Source: Nannocystales bacterium
Lineage (GTDB): Bacteria; Myxococcota_A; Polyangia; Nannocystales; Nannocystaceae
Length of the DNA stretch: 64,000 bases
Reading direction: 5' to 3'
Assembly (NCBI GenBank): GCA_050633305.1
Contig: JBOEGF010000022.1
Span: 1 to 64,000 of the forward strand
Positions 57,045-64,000 of this stretch are shown here, piece by piece (position 1 is the stretch's first letter; every line of letters starts with the position of its first letter). The translations under genes were made by a program, and so were the position numbers. The notes under the pieces were generated by a model. The model did no database searches and was not told the DNA's origin. It saw only the letters and a list, made by a program, of their open reading frames with translations.

Positions 57045-58448
57045 ATGCGTCGTCACCCTCCGAGCTGCCTCGCGCTGGCGGTCCTGCTTTCGGGATGTCC
57101 CCAGACGCCGTCGCAGCCCATCGCGAGCGATTCCGTCGACCCGGGTCCGGGGTTGTGTGTTCGCGGGGCGGTCACGGTGGTCTCTCCGGGAGGCACGCCG
57201 GAGGCCTCGGTCGAGGCGCTCGCGGAGCGTGACTGCGACGTGCGCATCGTAGATGTGCGGACGCGTGGAGAGCTCGACAGCACCGGGGTGATCCCCGGGA
57301 GCGAGCATGTCCCCCTGGAGCATGTCGCGCTGCAGGCCACCGGTTGGGACCGCAACGCGCCTGTCGTCTTGGTGTGCCGTTCGGGGCGTCGCTCCGGGGC
57401 TGCCGCCGAGGAACTCACCGAGATGGGGTTCGCTCATGCCGCATCGCTCACCGGCGGTCTGCTGGCGTGGGAGCAAAGCGGCCGCGCGCTTGCGCCCTTC
57501 GTGCGTGCTTCGGAAGCGCGGGCGCGAGCTCCCGAGGTTCGCGAACTCTTCGTCGCCGATATCCAAGGAGACCTCTCCGACCGTGACCGGGTGCGCCGAA
57601 CCAAGGCGGCGAACCTGCTCTTGCATGGCACCCAAGCGTGTGTGGACGGTCGTGACGCGCACGCCATCGTTGGCACACCTGGGGGCGATGCGGGGGAGTT
57701 GATCTTGGCCCTCGCGACCGCGGAAGCGCTGGGCGGCTTCCAGTTCTCCGTCGAGGCCGTTGAGCGGGTCTTTACGAGCTACCTCGACGCGTTCGGCCAC
57801 TTCTACTTGCACACCGATGTTCACGCTGCGCGACGTTGGCTGCTGTCGGCCGAGGTGCCGCTGGTCGAAGATACAGACCTCGCAGAGGTTCTCCACAGCC
57901 CGCCTGTGGCCCGCCGAGACGCGCTGCTGGCAAGCGTGACCAAGCCCGAGCATGTGGGGTGCGGGCATCTGCGGTTGAGCCTTCAACACGCGGATGCCTA
58001 CGGTGTTCGCCCTGCGCTGGTCGAGGCAGTGCTCGGCGCCTACTTCCAACGGCTGTGGGCCGCTGAGGGCCGGCTCGAGTTCGTCGTGTTGCAAGGAGAC
58101 CACGCGGAGTCGGCCATCGTGGAAGTCGACATGGGTGGTCCGGTCCACGCGTTCTCCACCATCCCGCTCGTCTCGCCCCGGGTGGGGGAGACGGAGGTCT
58201 TCGTCGTTCACCCCCAAGTCTCGGCGTTCATTCGACGTGAGAACGCCGCGTTCCTTCTGGAGGCGGTTCCGTCGTTGATGGCCTCAGGGGTGGACGAGCA
58301 GGCCTTCCTCGCGAGCCAGCACGCGCTGGCGCACCAACAGCTCACCGAGACGATCCGCCGCCTCGCGCCGAGGCTCCCGAGCTTCGTCGCAAAGGTCCGC
58401 GACGGCGGGTTCGACGTTCACGCACGAAAGAAGCAAGCACATGACTGA
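57045..58448 (+). CDS. Lipoprotein: rhodanese domain fused to a carbonic-anhydrase-like (CxDxR...HxxCG) domain
   Basis: Lipobox LLSGC; rhodanese [26 protein letters not shown]; then CVDGR, PGGDAGE, HTDVH, HVGCGH. Confidence 0.8.
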   Translation: MRRHPPSCLALAVLLSGCPQTPSQPIASDSVDPGPGLCVRGAVTVVSPGGTPEASVEALAERDCDVRIVDVRTRGELDSTGVIPGSEHVPLEHVALQATGWDRNAPVVLVCRSGRRSGAAAEELTEMGFAHAASLTGGLLAWEQSGRALAPFVRASEARARAPEVRELFVADIQGDLSDRDRVRRTKAANLLLHGTQACVDGRDAHAIVGTPGGDAGELILALATAEALGGFQFSVEAVERVFTSYLDAFGHFYLHTDVHAARRWLLSAEVPLVEDTDLAEVLHSPPVARRDALLASVTKPEHVGCGHLRLSLQHADAYGVRPALVEAVLGAYFQRLWAAEGRLEFVVLQGDHAESAIVEVDMGGPVHAFSTIPLVSPRVGETEVFVVHPQVSAFIRRENAAFLLEAVPSLMASGVDEQAFLASQHALAHQQLTETIRRLAPRLPSFVAKVRDGGFDVHARKKQAHD

Positions 58449-58860
58449 GTTCACACCCATAGCCTCGAGCATCGGGGGCCTGTTGATCGGCCTTTCCGCC
58501 GCGATGATGCTCGTTCTCAAGGGGCGCATCGCCGGGATCAGCGGGATCATCGGAGGACTGGCGTCGGCTCCGGCCGGGGAACGCCCCTGGCGCCTTGCGT
58601 TCATGGGGGGGCTTCTCGCCGGCGGCGTCGTGATGGTTGCTCTGGTGCCTGGGCAGTTCGGGTCGCAGCCCACGGCAGGCACAGGAGCACTCGTCGTGGC
58701 GGGTTTGCTGGTCGGCGTCGGTACGCGGATCGGTGGCGGTTGCACCAGCGGTCACGGGGTTTGCGGCCTGTCCCGCTTTTCCCCCCGGTCGATGGTCGCC
58801 ACGGCGCTCTTCATGAGCTTCGCTGCCATCACGGTCTTTTTCACCCGACACATCTTCTAG
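58441..58860 (+). CDS. YeeE/YedE family sulfur-compound transporter subunit
   Basis: [39 protein letters not shown]. Confidence 0.93.
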   Translation: MTEFTPIASSIGGLLIGLSAAMMLVLKGRIAGISGIIGGLASAPAGERPWRLAFMGGLLAGGVVMVALVPGQFGSQPTAGTGALVVAGLLVGVGTRIGGGCTSGHGVCGLSRFSPRSMVATALFMSFAAITVFFTRHIF

Positions 58861-58868
58861 GAGCCGTC

Positions 58869-59294
58869 ATGCCCGTTGTCCTCGCAGCCTTTCTTTCCGG
58901 TCTCGTGTTCGCCGTGGGTCTCGCCGTCGGTGGCATGACCGACCCCATGAAGGTCGTGTCGTTTCTCGATGTGACCGGAGCCTGGGACCCATCGCTCGCC
59001 TTCGTCATGGGCGGGGCAATCCTCTTGTACGCCCCCGTCTTCCACTTCGTCACCAAGCGGACTCGCCCTCTACTGCATCACTCCTTCCATCTTCCCACCC
59101 GAAAAGACATCGACGTCCGGCTTGTCGCGGGTGGCATCTTGTTCGGGATGGGGTGGGGGCTGGGCGGGTTCTGTCCCGGTCCCGCCATCGTCAGTGCCGC
59201 GAGCCTTCGCGGCGATGTGCTCACCTTCGTCGCCTCGATGTTTGTCGGGATGGCGGGGGTGTTCCTCTACGACCGATCACGCACCAACGCCTAA
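58869..59294 (+). CDS. YeeE/YedE family (DUF6691-type) partner subunit
   Basis: FAVGL..GGMTDP.KV..FLDVTGAWDPSLAFVMGGA; LFGMGWGLGGFCPGPA. Confidence 0.92.
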   Translation: MPVVLAAFLSGLVFAVGLAVGGMTDPMKVVSFLDVTGAWDPSLAFVMGGAILLYAPVFHFVTKRTRPLLHHSFHLPTRKDIDVRLVAGGILFGMGWGLGGFCPGPAIVSAASLRGDVLTFVASMFVGMAGVFLYDRSRTNA

Positions 59295-59318
59295 CCCAAA
59301 CCCCGAGGAGATTCAGCC

Positions 59319-61043
59319 ATGTCCTTGCTTCGCCGTCTTGTTCCCGCTGCCACGTGGCTCCGCTCCTACGAGCGTGCCGACCTTCAGTCGGACCTGTCCG
59401 CTGGCCTTACCACCGCGGTCATGCTCATCCCCCAGGGGATGGCGTACGCGATGTTGGCCGGGTTGCCTCCGATCATCGGGCTGTATGCCTCCACCATTCC
59501 GATCGTCCTCTACGCGCTCTTTGGCAGCTCTCGCCAACTCGCCGTGGGCCCGGTCGCGATGGTGTCCCTCCTGGTCGCGACTGCGCTCACGCCGTTGGCA
59601 GAGGCGGGCAGTACCGAGTACGTCGGGTACGCGGTGGCCCTTGCCTTGCTGGTCGGCCTGATTCAGGCGGTCATGGGTTTGCTGAGAGCGGGGTTCCTCG
59701 TCAACTTCCTGTCCCACCCCGTGGTCAGTGGCTTCACCTCGGCGGCGGCACTCATCATCGGGCTCAGCCAGCTGGGCCATCTGCTGGGTGTCAACATCCC
59801 GCGCAGTCACCACATTCACACCATCATCCTTGGCGCGATCGACCGGGTCGCCGAAGTCCAGCCGAGTACGGTGCTGATCGGGGCTGTCAGTATTGCGGTC
59901 CTGGTCGCGCTCAAGCGACGGGCGCCGAAGCTGCCGCGTGCGCTCATCGTCGTGGTCGGGGGCACGCTCGTGGTGTGGGGCTTCGACCTCGCTTCCTCGG
60001 GGGTGGCGATCGTCGGAGAGGTGCCTGCGGGTCTGCCCGCGCCGACGCTGCCCGTGTTCGGAGGCGACACGCTCGCGTCATTGCTCCCGACTGCGGTCAT
60101 CATCTCGTTGGTCGGTTTCATGGAGTCGGTGTCGGTGGCCAAGGCGTTCGCATCCCGGAACCGCTACGAGATCGAGCCGAACCAGGAACTCGTGGGACTG
60201 GGGCTCGCCAACCTGGGTGCGGCCGTCTTCGGGGGCTACCCGGTGACCGGCGGGTTCTCCCGTACGGCTGTGAACGCGCAGGCCGGTGCTCGGACGCCCC
60301 TCGCCGGTTTGGTGACGGCGCTGGTGGTCATGGGGACGCTGTTGTTCCTGACCCCGTTGTTCTACTTCCTGCCCAAGGCCGTGTTGGCCGCGGTGATCAT
60401 GACGGCGGTCTTCGGTCTCATCGATGTCGCGGAGGTTCGCCACTTGTGGGCCGTGGACCGTGCCGACCTGGCGCTGCTGGTCCTGACGTTTGTTGGCACG
60501 CTCGCGTTGGGAATCGAGGCCGGAATCGGCCTGGGCGTGGCCGCGTCGCTGCTCTGGTTCGTCGTTCAAACCAGCCGTCCCCACGCGGCGGTGTTGGGTC
60601 GGATCCCGGGCACGACGTCGTATCGCAACGTATTGCGGAACCCGGCCGCGCAGCAGGTGCGCGGCGTGTTGATCCTGCGGATGGACGCCAGCTTCTACTT
60701 CGGGAACGTCACGTTTCTCAAAGAGATGATTCGCGACTCGGTTGCGGTCGCGGAAGAGCGTCCTTCAACCGTCATCCTCGATGCGAGCAGCATCAACCGA
60801 CTCGACTCCTCCGCCAACGCGGCGATGTCGGACATTGTCCGCTCGCTTGCGGATCAAGGCATCCGATTCGTCCTCGCGGGCCTCAAGGGGCCTGTCCTCG
60901 ACGCGCTACGCCGAAGTGGCCTCGACACCGAGGTGGTCGGAGCGTCGCCGCACTTGTCCGTGCACGATGCGGTCGTAGCATTGGAGTCCGATCCCCCTCA
61001 GACTGAACCTGCCGTCCAAGCGGGCATGCGCACCGCAAGCTGA
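59319..61043 (+). CDS. sulP: SulP/SLC26 family anion transporter with STAS domain
   Basis: DLSAGLT...IPQGMAYA.LAGLPP..GLY; GSSRQLAVGP; NQEL; GGFSRTAVN; STAS RMDASFYFGN, DSSA. Confidence 0.95.
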   Translation: MSLLRRLVPAATWLRSYERADLQSDLSAGLTTAVMLIPQGMAYAMLAGLPPIIGLYASTIPIVLYALFGSSRQLAVGPVAMVSLLVATALTPLAEAGSTEYVGYAVALALLVGLIQAVMGLLRAGFLVNFLSHPVVSGFTSAAALIIGLSQLGHLLGVNIPRSHHIHTIILGAIDRVAEVQPSTVLIGAVSIAVLVALKRRAPKLPRALIVVVGGTLVVWGFDLASSGVAIVGEVPAGLPAPTLPVFGGDTLASLLPTAVIISLVGFMESVSVAKAFASRNRYEIEPNQELVGLGLANLGAAVFGGYPVTGGFSRTAVNAQAGARTPLAGLVTALVVMGTLLFLTPLFYFLPKAVLAAVIMTAVFGLIDVAEVRHLWAVDRADLALLVLTFVGTLALGIEAGIGLGVAASLLWFVVQTSRPHAAVLGRIPGTTSYRNVLRNPAAQQVRGVLILRMDASFYFGNVTFLKEMIRDSVAVAEERPSTVILDASSINRLDSSANAAMSDIVRSLADQGIRFVLAGLKGPVLDALRRSGLDTEVVGASPHLSVHDAVVALESDPPQTEPAVQAGMRTAS

Positions 61044-61072
61044 ACCCAACCCACCGCGTCCGAAGGAAGACC

Positions 61073-62128
61073 ATGCTGTTTCGACAACTCTTTGACCGGG
61101 ACACCGCCACGTACACCTATCTGCTCGCCGACGAACAGACGCGAGAGGCTGTCCTCATCGATCCGGTGCGGGAGCAACTCCTGCGAGACACTGAACTGCT
61201 CGAGGAACTCTCCTTGAAGCTCGTGTGGGTGCTCGAAACCCACGTACATGCCGACCACATCACGTCGGCGGGCACCCTTCGACAACGCTTTGGTGCTCGC
61301 ACGGTGATGTCCAAACACGCCGGGGTCGACTGTGCGGACCTGGCTGCGGAGGATGGAGAGACCGTCCAGTTCGGTGCGCACGAGATCGAGGTCCGGCTGA
61401 CCCCCGGGCACACCTCCGGGGACGCGACGTTTGTGGTGCACGCGGAGGGCAAGGCGTTTACGGGCGACACGCTGCTGATTCGCGGCTGCGGCAGGACCGA
61501 CTTCCAGCAGGGAGATGCACGCACACTGTTCGCGTCGGTACACGAGAAGATTTTCTCGCTCCCCGAGCCCACCCAGCTCTACCCCGCGCATGACTACAAG
61601 GGAAGGACCTCCACCACGGTGCGCGAAGAGGTGTTGCACAACCCACGGTTGGGGGCGGGTCGCACCGTCGAACAGTTCGTCGAGATCATGGACGCGCTCA
61701 ATCTCCCGTACCCCACGCGCATCGACGAGGCACTGCCCGCCAACAGCAACTGCGGGGTCGCCCCGTGGGCTCCGATCGAAAATACCCACGGGGGCGTACC
61801 CGAGGTGACCATTCGTTGGGTCAAGGATGAGTCCAAGGCCGCGCAAGCTCGGGTCATCGACGTTCGGGAGCTCGCGGAGTGGGAGAACCCGATGGGACGG
61901 GTTCCGGGGTCACTCCATGCTCCGACGGCTGGGGTGCTAGAGACCGTGAGTGGGTGGGACCGAAACACTCGGATCGTGCTCGTATGCCGTTCGGGTGGGC
62001 GCTCTGGGCAGGTGGCCCTGGCGCTGCTCAGGGAGGGGTTTGCGTCCGCTGTGTCGATGCGCGGAGGCATGCTCGCGTGGGCGGATGCTGGGTACGACGT
62101 CGAACGGAGCCCGCAGGGTGCTTCGTGA
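61073..62128 (+). CDS. Persulfide dioxygenase (ETHE1-type MBL fold) fused to rhodanese
   Basis: FRQLFD..T.TYTYLL; LETHVHADHIT; TPGHT; FTGDTLLIRGCGRTDFQQG; YPAHDY; NPRL; C-terminal rhodanese CRSGGRS. Confidence 0.93.
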   Translation: MLFRQLFDRDTATYTYLLADEQTREAVLIDPVREQLLRDTELLEELSLKLVWVLETHVHADHITSAGTLRQRFGARTVMSKHAGVDCADLAAEDGETVQFGAHEIEVRLTPGHTSGDATFVVHAEGKAFTGDTLLIRGCGRTDFQQGDARTLFASVHEKIFSLPEPTQLYPAHDYKGRTSTTVREEVLHNPRLGAGRTVEQFVEIMDALNLPYPTRIDEALPANSNCGVAPWAPIENTHGGVPEVTIRWVKDESKAAQARVIDVRELAEWENPMGRVPGSLHAPTAGVLETVSGWDRNTRIVLVCRSGGRSGQVALALLREGFASAVSMRGGMLAWADAGYDVERSPQGAS

Positions 62129-62169
62129 GCCCCAACCGGACGCCCGGTTGGTAGAAAGCGGGTCTGTCC

Positions 62170-63480
62170 GTGAGCATCTCGACAAGTCTAGTGTCGGTGG
62201 GGTGGAGCCTCGTCGCTGTGGCACCCGCCCCGGTGCAGCCAGCCGACCGCGGAATCGACCCATCTGCGCCCACCGCCGTGACGGGGGCCGAGGTTGCCGA
62301 TACTTCGCCTCGGGTTGCGGGAGGACTGTCCGCCGCGGACGGGCCTCGAGCGCCCGAGCCCGGCTCGTTGGGGAAAAACGCCGAGCCCGAAACCGAACCG
62401 GAAACCAACCCTGAGCCCGAGACACCGTCTCGGTGGCGCGGATTCAGGATCGTCTCCAAGGACGAGGAACACAGCTTGGCGTTTGGGTTTCTGGGCCAGC
62501 TCCGGACGACGGTGCGGGACACCACGGACGCTCGACTCCAGGGAGGCGTCGCCGTCCGCCTGGCCAGACCGGTTCTGATCGCCAACCTCTGGGGGGGCAC
62601 CGTTGCGATGCGTCTCATGCCCGAGTTCGCCGGACCGGCGCCCTCGATGCTCGATGGCACGGTCACCATCCGAGCCGCTGATGCGTTTGCTGTGCAGCTC
62701 GGCCAGTTTCGCCCTTGGATCAACCGTGGATTCCGCACCGGGCTTCCAGTCCTTGGGTTGCCCGGGCGCGGCGCGATCGTCGACCGCTTTCGTGTCGATC
62801 GAGACGTCGGCGCGACGGTTCACGGCCAGCCCTTCGGGGGCAAGTTCGAATACTACGTGGGCGTGATGAATGGGTCTGGTCGAGACATGACGACCTTGGC
62901 TCCCTCGCCGTTGTTGACCGCCCGCATCGTCGTCGCTCCATTGGGCGCGGTGCCGTATGTGCAAACGCCGTATGTGCGTGAGGTCGGACCTCGTTCCGCA
63001 GGGCGTCGTGACGAACCGACGAATCCACTCGCGGTCGCGGTGGGTGCGGGCGGATACACGGTGGCGGGACGAGAGTCGATCGTGCAGCCGGATGGCACCG
63101 TCGTGCGGACCGAGCCGCGACGGCGGTGGGGTGCGTCGGGAGACCTGGTGGTGTCGCGGCGGCGGGTCTTCGCTCTGGCGGAGGGGTTCTATGAGCGCCG
63201 GGCGGCCGCCGCTGAACTGGGCGTCCCGGCCGAAAACTCGTGGGGGGCCTACGCGCAGGCGGGAGTCCTGACGTGGAACCCCTTCGTCGACCTCACGATG
63301 CGGGCGGGGTTCATTGACGATGGACGCCCTCTGGCGCCGCTTGAGCCCGGGATCAATGCGTACATCTTCGGCAACAGCGGGAAGCTTCAGCTCTCGTACC
63401 GCTGCGATGTGAACGCAGGGCAGGGCGAGAGTGGATGCTTCGCCCACACCGGCACGCTGCAGGCTCAGCTTCAGTTCTGA
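62170..63480 (+). CDS. Outer-membrane porin, OprO/OprP-like
   Basis: VRLARPVL; QLGQFRPW; DRDVGATVHG; YYVGVMNGSG; amphipathic beta-strands; C-terminal Phe (QAQLQF). Confidence 0.75.
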   Translation: MSISTSLVSVGWSLVAVAPAPVQPADRGIDPSAPTAVTGAEVADTSPRVAGGLSAADGPRAPEPGSLGKNAEPETEPETNPEPETPSRWRGFRIVSKDEEHSLAFGFLGQLRTTVRDTTDARLQGGVAVRLARPVLIANLWGGTVAMRLMPEFAGPAPSMLDGTVTIRAADAFAVQLGQFRPWINRGFRTGLPVLGLPGRGAIVDRFRVDRDVGATVHGQPFGGKFEYYVGVMNGSGRDMTTLAPSPLLTARIVVAPLGAVPYVQTPYVREVGPRSAGRRDEPTNPLAVAVGAGGYTVAGRESIVQPDGTVVRTEPRRRWGASGDLVVSRRRVFALAEGFYERRAAAAELGVPAENSWGAYAQAGVLTWNPFVDLTMRAGFIDDGRPLAPLEPGINAYIFGNSGKLQLSYRCDVNAGQGESGCFAHTGTLQAQLQF

Positions 63481-64000
63481 GCCGTACTCGCAGGTGCCGT
63501 GTCGTGCTCGGACCCGGCCCCACCGGTGGGGTCTTCGGGCTTTGCCGTCGCCAGGAACGCTGCGAAGGCGTGCTCGCCCGTCGGGCACAACTCCGCGGCT
63601 CGCTCAAGCCCCGCCCCCAGGGCTCGGAACCATTGGCTGCGGGTTTGAAACACGTTGCTCGGACCGAGGCGTTGCAGGGCCCCCGAGCGCTGGAGCACCT
63701 CGTACGCCCGGGCGGTGACGCCAGCCAACACGATGTGGTGCCCTGCAGCGCGGGAGAGTTCGGCCAACTCGCCGAGCATCCCGGCGGTTGTGGCGTCCAG
63801 GCCCGAGGCTCGCTTGAGGCGGACGACCAGAACCTGCGTGCTCGGCTCGGCGAGGACCCGACTCAGCGCTTCGCGAAGCTCCCCCGCGGCGCCAAAGAAC
63901 AGGGATCCTTCGACGTGCAGGAGTCGGATCGGGTTTGGTGGAGCAGCTCCGTCTTCGGGCACCTCGGCCAGCCGGGGGCCCTCCGGGGCCAGTTCGGTGA
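63471..64000 (-). CDS. C-terminal STAS domain of a second SulP-family transporter (5' end outside the window)
   Basis: LLHVEGSLFFGAA; VVRLKR...LDAT; LQRSG...LG. The frame stays open to the window edge. Confidence 0.8.
   Translation of the reverse strand, partial: TELAPEGPRLAEVPEDGAAPPNPIRLLHVEGSLFFGAAGELREALSRVLAEPSTQVLVVRLKRASGLDATTAGMLGELAELSRAAGHHIVLAGVTARAYEVLQRSGALQRLGPSNVFQTRSQWFRALGAGLERAAELCPTGEHAFAAFLATAKPEDPTGGAGSEHDTAPASTAQN

Overview
High-GC, gene-dense chromosomal window. It most likely comes from a myxobacterium (Nannocystaceae/Polyangia-like), inferred from the Cys-rich repeat lipoproteins, MXAN_5187-type and DUF4388 proteins, a Ser/Thr kinase and an oxidosqualene-type cyclase. 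About 52 CDS are supportable. Housekeeping genes: gcvP, glnE, a GlmU N-domain, tsaB, rseP, bioA, cstA, argB. Other content: peptidases, surface Cys-repeat proteins, two signalling operons, a MutH/Sau3AI-like nuclease, a divergent DCTAE triterpene cyclase, a DUF1549/DUF1501 pair and a sulfur-handling cluster (rhodanese-carbonic-anhydrase-like fusion, 2x YeeE/YedE, SulP, persulfide dioxygenase-rhodanese, porin, second SulP). No rRNA, tRNA, CRISPR array or transposase was seen. The most striking unexplained structure is the ~880-bp gap at 47175-48058. On the minus strand it carries a sigma54 (-24/-12) promoter with an IHF-like site and upstream palindromes, then a ~520-nt U/C-rich tract with at least 13 copies of URRYUU and no ORF of 60 aa or more, then a strand-polarised intrinsic terminator. 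This looks like a candidate protein-sponge-type long ncRNA. Other highlights: an atypical 4-gene phosphorelay whose two receiver domains share a private insertion, a eukaryote-type NTAQ1/WDYHV amidase, and many TAnnnT boxes 5-12 nt upstream of start codons (leaderless mRNAs). All family assignments come from motif recognition by eye; no database searches were run.
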